From contig CM082586.2 of NCBI GenBank assembly GCA_040954595.2, positions 10,323,337 through 10,387,336 on the forward strand: 64,000 nucleotides of DNA, in the 5' to 3' direction. Below the pieces are notes generated by a model. That model worked only from the letters and a program-made list of their open reading frames with translations, had not been told where the DNA came from and made no database searches. The position numbers and the translations under genes were made by a program. Of this stretch, positions 42,539-53,509 are shown piece after piece. The stretch is from Balanoglossus misakiensis. Taxonomy: Eukaryota > Animalia > Hemichordata. The stretch's first letter is position 1. The number at the start of each line of letters is the position of its first letter.

Positions 42539-43333
42539 GATGGGTCCCTAGGATCTTTTTGCCCGTTGCTATGGGCCTTTATAGGACATTACACCCCGAT
42601 TTGGACTAAGCCGTTTTCAGAGTCTAACAAGGGGCTGGTAACTAGTTGAAAATCTGCACGATTGTGAGCGCGCGCCCCCTGACGCCATTGATATGCAAAT
42701 TAGCTAGGTCAAATTTCAAAAGCCTAAGGCTTTTTATTCCGTGACCTCAAAAACGAACTTGATACGTATTCATTAGTTGCTTGAACCAGGGAAGATCGTG
42801 ACGGATTTTGTTTTCGAATATTATCGTTGTATCCTACGATTTCAGCATACCCGTACCACACCTGAAAAAGTCATCGATTTTGGGTGTTTTTGGACGCACT
42901 CTTCCACCGGTATCGCTTCTTAGCACGACGAAAACCGAAAAAACGATCCGTCACACTATGCGGAAGTGCGTTCTCAACAAGCAGGTCAAATTTGGCTGGC
43001 CTACGTCGCCTATGAAAAAAGCCTTAGGGATTTTCGTGAACGGTACAAAATCTCTGTGTACAAAACATTGGATATTTAGCGTTCGATCCAGTTACTGTGG
43101 TTACAGGACGCGCACGCTATCGGTGACTGCTGCTTTGCCGTATTAGCGTGGCGGCCTATGGCCGGGCGGTAGCTGCCGTAACCATACTCGGACAGGGGGT
43201 GTGCACACAATCGTGCGTATTTTTAACTAGTTACAAGCCCCTTGTCGGACGTTCATAACGGTTTCGATCAAAATTGAGTGTAGTGTCCTATAAAGGCCCA
43301 TAGCAACGAGCAAAAAGATCCTAGGGACCCATC
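42539..43333. mobile_element. TTAA-targeting non-autonomous TIR element (795 bp, Kolobok-like termini), in intron 9
   Basis: TTAA at 42535-42538 and 43334-43337; TIR gatgggtccctaggatctttttgc...gcaaaaagatcctagggacccatc extending imperfectly ~115 bp. Purine-purine start fits Kolobok rather than piggyBac. Confidence 0.9.
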
Positions 43334-43819
43334 TTAACTTGGGTTATATGTTGCTTTGAAATGCCAAAAGCAAAGCTGTTATACAGGTCAATGTTGATTT
43401 TGTTTTTCTGAGATAATGTATTTGGCAATCATAACACTGTCATTTTGAAGCTCCATTTGTAATCACATTTACCCACTCTTATAGGAGACGATCACCCAGA
43501 CATAAAACATTCTCATGACATTTGGCATGCTGCCAAGAACTTGTCAAAGAAGATCATAAAGGTTAGACAAACTTTTATTCTTGTATTCAGTTTTCATTTA
43601 TCTTCTAAATATGTGTGACACTGACACATAAAAATGTAAGGGTATAGAATGTTACTAACTGATCCTTCTATCATTTTGGGTGGGGTGGGTGTCAAACTAC
43701 CTTTGAAAATAGTTATGGCAATATTCAAATTGTGCAGTTGTTATTTGCATCAGTAAATGTCACAAACAAGTTCAGGTCTATGGTGAATAGTTATGAACCA
43801 TCAGTTTATATCAGATCAT

Positions 43820-43973
43820 TGTGATAGTATTGTCATGATCACGTGATTGTCACATGGTCTGTATACGTGATTTCCTGTAACTGTTAGTTCCCGCGTGGTT
43901 GTCATTCAATAAACATCACTTCTGTGGAACTCCGTCGTTGTCGACTGTCAATAACCCCTCCCCGGACATCACA
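43820..43973 (+). repeat. 5' LTR
   Basis: tgtgatagt...catcaca; contains aataaa; identical by eye to 48667-48820. Confidence 0.97.
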
Positions 43974-43977
43974 TAAA

Positions 43978-43990
43978 TGGCGACGAGGAT
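43978..43990 (+). promoter_or_regulatory. Primer-binding site (tRNA-Ser type)
   Basis: tggcgacgaggat 4 nt after the LTR; complementary to the tRNA-Ser(GCT) 3' end ..ATCCTCGTCGCCA. Confidence 0.8.
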
Positions 43991-44073
43991 TTAGTTGTCT
44001 AAATTAACTATCGAAGAACATACGCAAGCAACCTTTACGAGATTTGGTGACTTCTTAGCCGTGATTTGAGTGC

Positions 44074-45705
44074 ATGAAAATGTCTACACCCGTAACGCTG
44101 TCCGGACTGCCAGGAGTGGCGGGATTCGACTGTGAAGGCGAACCGGAGGCTCTTCAGCAAAGGTGGGAGCGTTGGCTTCAGGAATTTGAACTGTTCGTAG
44201 CAGCTTCTGGTGTTTCAAATAATGCGCAGAAGCGTGCCTTACTTTTGCACATGGCTGGAGCGGGCATCAGAGACATTGTTAGCACTAAATCTGAAGATGA
44301 AACTGGTGACGTCACAAACTGCGCAACGTTGATAGCATGTTTGGATAAACACTTTCAACTGCAGAAAAACGTTCCTATGGCGAGACAGAAGTTTTACAGT
44401 GCAACTCCCACGTCCGGGGAGACGGTCGACAGCTACGTAATACGTCTCAAGAACCTACTGAAAGACTGTGATTTTCCCGAGACGGAAAAAGACAACCAGA
44501 TAAGAGATCGTGTCTTGCTCTACATCAGCGACAAGGTGCTAAAAAGCAAGCTGTATCGTGAAAAGAATTTGGACACTACCAAACTACTACAAATCATACG
44601 GTCGTATCACGACAAAGATGCACTAGTTTTGGTGTCTGGTACTCAAGCTGTGAGTGCAAATGCAGTCAATATTGGCGGTAAACGTACGCGCGCCAAAAAC
44701 AAAATGGCGGACTTAGCCTGTTTCCGTTGTGGAAGGAAAGGTCACATGCAACGTGAATGTCGCGCCAGTACAAGTGGTAGTTCTCGCAATGCCGAACAAA
44801 AATCCGACCGGTGTTTCCGATGTCAAAAACCGGGACACAGAGCTGCAGACTGTCGTGCTAAGTGGGAAGACTGTCCGTCTAAAGACAGTGAAAATGGCAA
44901 CAGTCGAGGCAGTGGTGGTAACCGCAGCGCACGTGGACGTGGCCGTACGCGTGGTGATGGTCGCGGTACACACAAGGTAGCTCAGACGACTACTGATGCA
45001 AACGCCGATGGTGGCCATGCAGACGTCGAGACTGACGAGGAGAAAGCGTACTATGCTTTCAATGCTGCTTTCCGTGCTTCCAGTGGGAAGGACCTCACTG
45101 ATACAGGTATTCAGATCGAGAATCAACACGTGCCGGTTATCATCGACAGTGGTGCTACATGTAATCTCATTGGTGAAAGACAATTTCGCAGACTTGCTGA
45201 AAAGCGTGGTGTGAAAGTTCGAAATTGTAACAATAAAGTGTTTACCTATGGTTCTAGTAAACCTTTAGATATATTGGGTAAATGTGCCTTACATGTTGAA
45301 GCGCCTACTAAAAAGAAATGTATTGCTGATTTTATAGTGATCAAGGCTGATCAACCGATTTTGTTGAGTCGGAGTACTTCTGAGAATTTAGATATGTTGA
45401 GAGTTGGAAATGTGAATCTGTACACGATAAATTCAATATCTGCTGATAATTCTTCGCCAATTCTTGCAGAATTGCGGAGGAAATATCCTGAGGTATTTAA
45501 TGGGTTGGGTAAGTTAAAGGGCTACAAGCTCCATTTGCATATTGATGAGAGTGTCAAACCCATAGCCCAGTACCGGCGAATTCCTTTCAACCGCCGTGCT
45601 AAAGTTGTTGAAAAAACTCAACGAGCTTCAAAAGCTGGGAGTAATAGAGAAGGTTTCGGGTCCGACCTCTTGGGTCAACCCCCTTGTAACAGTACAAAAG
45701 CCTGA
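44074..45705 (+). CDS. gag: Gypsy Gag-protease (5' part of a frameshifted single polyprotein)
   Basis: Two CCHC knuckles (CFRCGRKGHMQREC, CFRCQKPGHRAADC), RG-rich tract, protease IIDSGAT, pre-RT motif YPEVFNGLGKL. Frame lost at A6 45611-45616. Confidence 0.92.
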   Translation: MKMSTPVTLSGLPGVAGFDCEGEPEALQQRWERWLQEFELFVAASGVSNNAQKRALLLHMAGAGIRDIVSTKSEDETGDVTNCATLIACLDKHFQLQKNVPMARQKFYSATPTSGETVDSYVIRLKNLLKDCDFPETEKDNQIRDRVLLYISDKVLKSKLYREKNLDTTKLLQIIRSYHDKDALVLVSGTQAVSANAVNIGGKRTRAKNKMADLACFRCGRKGHMQRECRASTSGSSRNAEQKSDRCFRCQKPGHRAADCRAKWEDCPSKDSENGNSRGSGGNRSARGRGRTRGDGRGTHKVAQTTTDANADGGHADVETDEEKAYYAFNAAFRASSGKDLTDTGIQIENQHVPVIIDSGATCNLIGERQFRRLAEKRGVKVRNCNNKVFTYGSSKPLDILGKCALHVEAPTKKKCIADFIVIKADQPILLSRSTSENLDMLRVGNVNLYTINSISADNSSPILAELRRKYPEVFNGLGKLKGYKLHLHIDESVKPIAQYRRIPFNRRAKVVEKTQRASKAGSNREGFGSDLLGQPPCNSTKA

Positions 45706-48193
45706 TGGGGATATCAGACTATGTCTGGACATGAGAAAAGCAAATCAAGCCATTGTTAGGGAAAGACACCCTGTTCCCACCATGGATGAAACGCTAGAGG
45801 AAATTTCAGGGGCCAAGGTATTTTGCAAGCTTGATATGAATATGGCTTTCCATCAAATTGAGCTCGATGAAAAGAGCAGGGATATTACAACCTTTTCAGG
45901 GCCCAACTCTTTGTATCGCTACAAGCGTTTAGTTTTTGGTGTGAACATGGCGACTGAAAAGTTTCAAAATCTAATTAGCCAGGTTTTGAAGGGCTGTGAG
46001 GGTGCCCACAACATGCATGATGATATTAGAGTAGTAGCTGAAAATTATGAGCAGCTGCATGCCAGAGTTGGGAAAGTGATCAAGCGTTTTAGTGAGCATG
46101 GTTTAACGCTGAACTTTACAAAATGTAAGCTAGGAGACAGTATGATATTCATGGGTCACTTGATGACGGCCCAGGGTATGAAACTCACTGATGAGAAGGT
46201 CAAAGCTATTGTAAAAGCTCGAACGCCAACTGACAAATCAGAATTGAGAAGTTTCTTTGGGCTGGCTCAATTTTGCTCAAAATATGTCGATAAATTTGCA
46301 ACAGTGACAAGCCCACTGTGGGATTTGACTCGCAAAGATGCAAAGTGGAAATGGCTTCCCAAGCATGAGAAAGTATTCAATCTCATCAAACATAAATTGA
46401 CCACAAGTCCATTCATGGCTTATTTCAAGCAGGGTGCTAAAACTCGAGTCACTTCTGATGCATCGCCCGTTGGTGTTGGAGCAATCCTTGAACAAATGCA
46501 AAGTAATGGTTCATATCAACCAGTGTACTATGTTAGCAGAAAGCTTACACATGTTGAGTCGAGGTACTCTCAGTTTGAGCGAGAGGCGCTTGGAGTTAAA
46601 TGGGCATGTGAGAAACTTCAGCAGTTTCTGCTAGGCAGTCATTTTGAGGTCAGAACTGACCATAAGCCTTTATTGAAAGTATTCAGCCCTAACTCCAGGC
46701 CCCCTTCAGCTAGAATTGAGAGATGGCTGTTATATATGCAACAATTTGATTATCATATCACCCATATCAAGGGAAAGAATAATTATGCGGACATGTTGAG
46801 TAGATTGCCCGTGGACGAACCATCTGACAACTATTGTAGAGAGACTGAAGATTTTGCATGTAGTGTTGTTTTAGAGGCTATGCCATCTGCTATCACCCCA
46901 CGTGATATTGAGAGAGAATCTGCAAAAGACCAGAGCTTGCAATTGGTTGAAAAGTGTATTACCTCTGCAAATTGGTCAAAATTGAAGTCTTCACCCTATT
47001 GGCATGTGAAAGACGAATTATGGTTGTATGGCAGATTGATCATGCGTGGTAACAGATTGGTTGTTCCTCAAGTTTTGCAAAGAAAAATCTTGAAAATTGC
47101 ACACCAGGGTCATCAGGGAATTGTGAGGACAAAGGCTCGTTTACGTGACAGAGTTTGGTGGCCAGGAATGGACAGGGATGTGGAAAAACTGATACGATCC
47201 TGTCATCCATGTCAATTGGTCAGTGCCAGGCCAAACCCAGAGCCATTATTACCCACACAGTTACCTGAAGGACCATGGTTCGATTTAGCAGTTGATCTTT
47301 TGGATGTATGTGATGGTGAGAAATTACTAGTGGTAACTGATTTATACTCTAGATGGCCTGAAGTAGTTTTGTTAAAGAAAACAGATGCTGCCCATGTCAT
47401 AAAAGCCATGGAAGCTATGTTTCTTACACATGGGTTGCCTTACTGTGTCAAATCAGACAATGGTCCACCTTTTACCTCAGCCGAGTTTGAAGGTTTCCTT
47501 GATTACTTAGGTATTGATCATGAATATTCCATTCCATACTGGCCTCAGAGCAATGGAAGTGTTGAGAGGCTGAATGAAATAATTTTGAAGTCTGTACGAA
47601 TTGCTAAATTGCAAAAGAAAAGTTGGTACAAAGATTTGACACATTTTCTATTTGAATATAGAAATACACCCCATACTGTGACAGGCATATCTCCTGCTAT
47701 GGCTCTGATGGGAAGAGAGTTTAGGGACAAAATTCCTAGACTGAGAATTCCATCCCAAACAATCAATGAGTCTGATTGGCAAATCAAAATGAGAGAAAGA
47801 AACAACAGAATGAAAATGAAACAAAAGTTCTATGCCGACAACAGGAGACATGCCACTTCCTCAGATATCAGGGAAGGTGATACTGTTTTGCTCCAGCAAG
47901 CATTTAGGCAAAACAAACTCACTCCCAATTTCGAGACAGAACCATACAAAGTCATCCAGAAAGATGGAGGTGCGTTATTATTGGAAAACTCCAAAGGTGT
48001 AAAAAGAAGGTCCACTGGACATGTAAAGAAATATGTTGAGGAATATCCAGAATTTTCCTTCCAGGGCACTGAATGGAACTCCAAACATTTGACATATGAA
48101 CAACCTCAAAGGGTTCAAAATGGTGTTCCATCCTGTAACCCCCATATCCATGATTTGTCTACACATAACAACCTGGATAACTTGCCAGTATAA
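45596..48193 (+). CDS. pol: Gypsy Pol: RT, RNase H, integrase
   Basis: RT IRLCLDMRKAN, KLDMNMAFHQI, NMHDDI; RNase H SDASPVG, YSQFEREAL, TDHKPL; integrase HQGHQG..CHPC, SDNGPPF, PQSNGSVER. Same frame continues past TAA to RRSTRIKSKPPWHKDY and TAG at 48415. Confidence 0.95.
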   Translation: MLKLLKKLNELQKLGVIEKVSGPTSWVNPLVTVQKPDGDIRLCLDMRKANQAIVRERHPVPTMDETLEEISGAKVFCKLDMNMAFHQIELDEKSRDITTFSGPNSLYRYKRLVFGVNMATEKFQNLISQVLKGCEGAHNMHDDIRVVAENYEQLHARVGKVIKRFSEHGLTLNFTKCKLGDSMIFMGHLMTAQGMKLTDEKVKAIVKARTPTDKSELRSFFGLAQFCSKYVDKFATVTSPLWDLTRKDAKWKWLPKHEKVFNLIKHKLTTSPFMAYFKQGAKTRVTSDASPVGVGAILEQMQSNGSYQPVYYVSRKLTHVESRYSQFEREALGVKWACEKLQQFLLGSHFEVRTDHKPLLKVFSPNSRPPSARIERWLLYMQQFDYHITHIKGKNNYADMLSRLPVDEPSDNYCRETEDFACSVVLEAMPSAITPRDIERESAKDQSLQLVEKCITSANWSKLKSSPYWHVKDELWLYGRLIMRGNRLVVPQVLQRKILKIAHQGHQGIVRTKARLRDRVWWPGMDRDVEKLIRSCHPCQLVSARPNPEPLLPTQLPEGPWFDLAVDLLDVCDGEKLLVVTDLYSRWPEVVLLKKTDAAHVIKAMEAMFLTHGLPYCVKSDNGPPFTSAEFEGFLDYLGIDHEYSIPYWPQSNGSVERLNEIILKSVRIAKLQKKSWYKDLTHFLFEYRNTPHTVTGISPAMALMGREFRDKIPRLRIPSQTINESDWQIKMRERNNRMKMKQKFYADNRRHATSSDIREGDTVLLQQAFRQNKLTPNFETEPYKVIQKDGGALLLENSKGVKRRSTGHVKKYVEEYPEFSFQGTEWNSKHLTYEQPQRVQNGVPSCNPHIHDLSTHNNLDNLPV

Positions 48194-48653
48194 CCCGTCT
48201 GTTCTAGTCAGAAATCAACTGGACCAGCATGTCCTAGTCCTGTTTCACCTACTGGTACAGCATCGTTGGAAACGATTGTAAATGTTCCTCCAACAATGCC
48301 AGTGACAAATTCACCTAAGACAAATGTAAACCCCAATAGTACTGATGTGAGACGCTCAACAAGAATAAAATCTAAACCTCCTTGGCACAAAGACTATTGC
48401 ATGCCAGAAGGATAGATTATATTGACATAAGACTGTCCACAAACATTATGGAATGAGTTTCTGTAGAGCAAATTTTCTCTTGGAGATTTGTATTTTCCTA
48501 GTTATGAAGTTCTCAAGTTCTTGTTAAGGTTAAGGTTCTGTTTGTTTTCGTTTGTTAGAACATGATCATTCACAAAGCATTACAATTTGACAGTGTTGGC
48601 AAATTTCATACTTTCCAAAGCGAGTTGTAAACTTAAAGTACAAGTTTTCTTCT

Positions 48654-48666
48654 AAAGTTGAGGAGA
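48654..48666 (+). promoter_or_regulatory. Polypurine tract
   Basis: aaagttgaggaga immediately before the 3' LTR. Confidence 0.7.
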
Positions 48667-48820
48667 TGTGATAGTATTGTCATGATCACGTGATTGTCAC
48701 ATGGTCTGTATACGTGATTTCCTGTAACTGTTAGTTCCCGCGTGGTTGTCATTCAATAAACATCACTTCTGTGGAACTCCGTCGTTGTCGACTGTCAATA
48801 ACCCCTCCCCGGACATCACA
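48667..48820 (+). repeat. 3' LTR
   Basis: Copy of 43820-43973, followed by TSD atcat. Confidence 0.97.
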
Positions 48821-49214
48821 ATCATGAGTGTATTCTGTGTTTTTTTAAGGCTGCACAAAACAAAGAGTGCAAACCACTGCTGAAATGGGTGACCCACATT
48901 GTGAACCACTTTTGGTATTGTTGTCAAAAAGCATCAGATATGGACAAGTTTCTGGTAAGTATTACTTATCATCAGCTAGCCTAGATGTTAAAATGTGTGA
49001 TACTATAGAGACTTCTTAGGGTAATCTTAAAAATTAATATTTGATAATAAATATTGAGACATGTTTTAACATTCAATTGGATTGGTTGCTGCTGTTTTGC
49101 TGTGCATTGAACATGTCATAGTTCATGTTATTGCAATAGTGATTTATGGGATTGTAAACTTTACTAGGGCAGAGAATAAGTACCCCTGGCCCTTGCTAGG
49201 GCAGAGAATTGGTA

Positions 49215-49855
49215 CCCCTGGTTAATACTTGGCAAAAAGCAATTTTATTTTACATTGCTAATGAAATGGTGACACTGAATCTGATTCTTTGCATCAGGGT
49301 AAATGGCGATGCAAGCTTGATGATGCATCCCGGTAGATAGTGATGCAAACACTTCACTTTGACATGGGTATTAAATGCATGTGGGGATTAAAAGTTGACT
49401 GAAAATCCCTGGGTTAATACAAGTCCAAAAGCACTGAAATTTGACATAGCTAATACAATGGTGACATTGAATGTGATTCTTTGCATTAGGGGAAATGGCG
49501 TAGCAAGCCTAATGATGCATCAGTGTAGATGGTGATCCAAGCTCTGCGCTTTGGCATACGTATTTAATGCATGTGCATGGGTATTTAATGTTGAATGTAA
49601 ATTCCCAGGTTAATATATGCATGGGTATTTAATGTTGAATGTAAATTCCCAGGTTAATATATGCATGGGTATTTAATGTTGACTGTAAATCCCTAGGTTA
49701 ATACATGGCCATAAGTACTGTAAGGGGTAGATGGTGATGCAAGCTCTGCACTTTGACATGGGGATTAAATGCATGCTGAGGGGGATTTTAAGTTGTCTGT
49801 AAATCCCCAGGTTGATATGTGGCCAAAAGCACTGTAATTTGACATTGCTAATGAT
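49215..49855. repeat. Short array (~3 monomers) of the 193-bp satellite
   Basis: Same monomer motifs as 20270-33283, with a ~43-bp internal duplication at ~49575-49690; ends in the same SINE-tail junction. Confidence 0.9.
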
Positions 49856-51619
49856 GGTGAGCTGTACTCCCCAGGGAGTTGAATGGAATGTTTAGGTCCA
49901 ACGACCTAGGTCAAATGACCATGGAACAACTTTAAAGCATGTTGAGATTTAATGTGCTACATAAGTTATAAATATTATATTAATATTATTACATAAACAA
50001 CACTCTTACCTAGCTAAGGAAGTGGTCAGGTGAAAAATATTTGCAGAGCTGACCAATTATTTAAGGAATATTAAAGTTGGGTAATTTGGACGTATTCATA
50101 CGGGTGTTGGTCAATGGAAAGTCCTTTGTTCATTTTCAAAATGGCAACCAAAAATGCGAACAAAACACACTGAATTATGTACGGGATATTGGTGTTGCCT
50201 AATTTGCGTGTTTCCACATTTACTTAAACTCTCACAGGGAGACAAATGTCACAGCAAACGGAAAAATGACTATGCTACACACAACACTTTTATTGATCAT
50301 GGAAAATGTTCATGAGAATTGTGTTATGGTACTTTTCGGGGCTCACGACCTGTGTTATAGGAAATCTGACAAGGAATCCAAACTGTACCACATACACAAC
50401 ACTTTAATTAAGCATGGGAAATGGTCCTGAGAACAATATTCTCAGAGTTGACAAACTGTGTTATCTGCGTTATATTGATGTTGTCTAATTTACACGCCTG
50501 TACATTTATTTATACTCTGACTTTGAGCTTAATAAGGCAGCGCCTGCTAAGGTCAATTTCCCACGTACACTTTTAATTAGCATAGATAATGATCATGATA
50601 ACTTCATTTTCAGAGCTGACAAACTGTGTTATGTGAAATTCATGTTGCCTATTTCATGATAATGGCTTGTGGTACACAAGGGTTAACAGCAATCAGCAAT
50701 TGCTTGTATGATAGGTATAATGATCGATTTACAAATTTCAATGGTATAATAATGGGCAACACATGTGGAAGTGTTTAATAAACAGTTAACTGATGTGGTG
50801 ATGGTTTGTGGTAAAATTGAGGGTACACAGATTATAATGGGCAAAACAATGAATATAATAGAGGTTGATGATGGTGAATGGTTTCATATGAATGGTGTAA
50901 TAAAGGTTAACAAATGTGGTGATAGCTTTGGTGTACAGGGCTGTTCATATCTTTAGTAATGACAAAGGTATAATAGTGATAAAAGCTTAAATAAGTGTTA
51001 GGGCACAATCTTCATGATGGTTCATTCATTGGTTAATGTGTATATTTTATTAATATCATGCTATTGTTTATCAGTTAGATCATAATCAGGGTTTTTCCAT
51101 GCACATAGTCATCATGAATCAGCGGAATTCTTCTGAATAGTACCTGTGATCATTTTTGCGCACCGACGCATTGTACGCGACAGACATGCAGAAAATATTA
51201 ACATGTAACTCACAGGCATAGTGTTAAATCTAAACGACTATATGTTAGATAAGCTTTACCTCCCCACCCCATCAAAATTCCAAATTTAGCTTGATGTGAC
51301 GTTTTCGGGTAGTACCAATTCGGAAACTTTCATGGTTCATTCATTGAACCAAATATTGGATTTGACACACTGTGTCTTGGGTGGGTAAAGCATGGTGAAA
51401 TGTTGGCAGTAAACTTTAACCAGACAGGTCACATGAAAGGAAGATTTTATCATTTGAGTTCGATGGCATACATGATAAGATATGTCAGTTCTGACACCAT
51501 TTTTGCAGACGTAGATGCTGATGTATTTTTTCCATTGGACACAATACTCAAAGTCCAGTCTGTGTTTAAAATGATACCCTGGTCACACACAGTGAGAAAT
51601 GTCAGCCTTTGACTTAATT

Positions 51620-52310
51620 ATCTAATTTATGCATTGTTAACAATGCACTGTGACATTTACTGCATGTATTTTTCCCACTGTGGAAACTTACTATGCTTTG
51701 AATACATGTTCCCTAATGGGGTGTTAAAGGATACAGTAGGATCTGTTTCGGTAGCAAATATGACACTGTTTTCAACATATTTGACTGGTGGCAATATGTG
51801 GTTTTACGTTGGTATCCATCATGTAACTCAGATCACCTATATGAAGCTCCATAGTAAATTTCACAGAAGTCGGCTGATCAATTCCAGAAAAGTAGATTTT
51901 TTACCAAAAATGTGGAAAAAGACAAAAAAATGCATAACAAGTAGAAAATTCACACTATTAGCTTAAAACATACAGAAATGTGTGAGGCTAATATAAGGTA
52001 CTATCATACCATTTTTTCAAATCAACATGACCAGGACTTGTCGTGTTTCTGAGTTTTGACCAAATTAAGGTTTTCCCAGCTAATTTGTATATATTTTTGG
52101 CAATGACAACTTCGTTTGAACAAACTCCCATCTACAGCCTAGCATGCATCTACACACCAAATATCGAGGTTATTGGCGCAACGGTTTTCAAGTTTTTGAT
52201 GTGTACGGACATACATCCATCTATCCGTCCATATGTCCATACATACATACAGACGCAACCAAATCCATAAGGTCCCACTGTATATACCTATACAAATGGG
52301 ACCAAATAAA
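51620..52310 (-). mobile_element. Probable HINE-like element fragment (different family)
   Basis: Hairpin ggtcccactgtata..tatacaaatgggacc 52271-52303 next to an acat/tcca microsatellite 52207-52255 and an A-rich flank. Left boundary uncertain. Confidence 0.55.
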
Positions 52311-53081
52311 ACACAAAAAAAATAACACTTAACATCTTACAGTGCAGGGCCTTGCTAGTTGATGTGGTACAATTCTATCATATCACTTCACAGCTGGTAG
52401 CCAAGGGCAGTGTTTGCACAGAGGAGCCTCCTGAATGTCTTCGCTCGTTCACACCTCTTCAGTGATAATGTCTGGATTACATTGACATGAAACTGTTTGT
52501 TCAGTAGTGTTTCAACTGCCAGCTACCTGGGTTCATTTTACACCCAAACACTGAAAATATTGTAGCAGTCAATAATATAACCTACACACTGTGTGAAATT
52601 CACCATGTTCTAAAGTAATGTTGATGTCTAATGTGCATTGTGACTTACAGGGCATGCACGGCTAAAGCTTGTCGAAAGTTGACAAAGCAAAAGACCAGAC
52701 CAGTTGCCTGTTTTAAAATGTGCTTCATTCCAAGGACCTTGGCGATGAGTCATGAATTGGGGAACGTTCATGAGACCCATTTTTTTTCACTGGACCAGCA
52801 CATTTAATGATATGACCTTGAAATTGAACTGTTCCCAGGAGCTACTGAGAGTTGCCTTGTTTCACCCCCAAGTTACTACCTGGGGTTTTTACAATGTCGA
52901 CAGTAGTTCCAAAAAAAAAACGTTGTACTTTTATGAATAATCGATTAGGGTAGATTTATTCATGGTAGTAAAACTTTTTGGCCTGCAGTTGCCAAACAAA
53001 GACAATTACAAGTAAGGGACTGGACGTAAACTACCAGGGGGAGCGCAGGGAAATTGACGAAAGCGATGGCCTCAAATTAAT

Positions 53082-53434
53082 GTCATAGTCCAGTGGTTAG
53101 AGCATCAGACCCATAATCAAAGAATCAAGAGTTTGATCCCTGGCATGGTTGTGGTGTTGTGTCCTCTGGCAAGGCAATTTACATCTCCTTGCCTCTCCCC
53201 GCCTATAAGAAAAGGGTAATTTGGTGGATCGGATATTGTAATGTGTATGTATAGGTCTGCTTTGCTGATATAAAAGCTGCACATGTGAGCTGTTGTTTGC
53301 TCCCCATGGAGTGGAATGGAATATTTTAGGTCCAACGACCTAGGTCAAATTACCATGGGAAACACTTCAAAGCAGCACATTGAGATTTATTGCATAATGT
53401 GCTATATAAGTAATAAATATTATATTGATATTAT
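53082..53434 (+). mobile_element. tRNA-derived SINE
   Basis: tagtccagtggttagagc (A box), gagtttgatccc (B-box-like), gttgtgtcctctggcaaggcaatttac conserved-core-like motif, gtgctatataag plus AT tail resembling L2-type ends. Confidence 0.75.
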
Positions 53435-53509
53435 TACATAAACAACACTCTTACTTAGCAAAGGAAGTGGTCAGGTGAACTATATTCGCAGAGCTGACCA
53501 ATTGTTTAA

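Larger units (their letters stand above)
43820..48820 (+). mobile_element. Full-length Gypsy (Mag-like) LTR retrotransposon, 5001 bp, in intron 10
   Basis: TG..CA 154-bp LTRs, 5-bp TSD atcat (43815-43819 and 48821-48825), PBS, PPT, order gag-PR-RT-RH-IN. Confidence 0.97.
37814..48954 (+). pseudogene. Spliced Kolobok-type DDE transposase, 11 exons, two 1-nt deficits, C-terminus missing
   Basis: GT-AG exons with consistent phases: 37814-38027, 38635-38745, 39002-39127, 39472-39585, 40459-40512, 40789-40887, 41126-41422, 41707-41989, 42278-42514, 43485-43561, 48850-48954. Motifs RGRP, RWNEIK..VAKVLIDRY, acidic tract, CSAGH..W.SQP, GDGRMDSPGFCAQYCTY, VVTDAH, HDIWHAAKN, WVTHIVNHFWYCC. Frameshifts at A6 37897-37902 and T8 41298-41305. 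Confidence 0.85.
37522..49165 (+). mobile_element. Kolobok-type DNA transposon, left end and transposase gene, 3'-truncated
   Basis: Begins ttaa|agggacaaagtctc; first ~185 bp match the MITE arm through aaaatgaataatcgttctttaccattta. Paralogous site at 51614-51617 has a single TTAA. No right TIR; sequence switches to satellite at ~49220. Confidence 0.85.

Noticed and set aside
45596-45705. Programmed gag-pol frameshift
   Set aside because: The break lies after protease in the RT leader and is fixed by removing one A; more likely mutation or error.
44713-48390. Antisense and alternate-frame ORFs in the Gypsy element
   Set aside because: Shadows of the gag-pol frame with no motifs.
37814-48954. 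Host gene or domesticated transposase
   Set aside because: Lies directly inside a TIR after TTAA, is absent at the paralogous site, and is truncated.
53082-53150. tRNA gene
   Set aside because: Degenerate boxes, no convincing cloverleaf, and followed by SINE body and tail.
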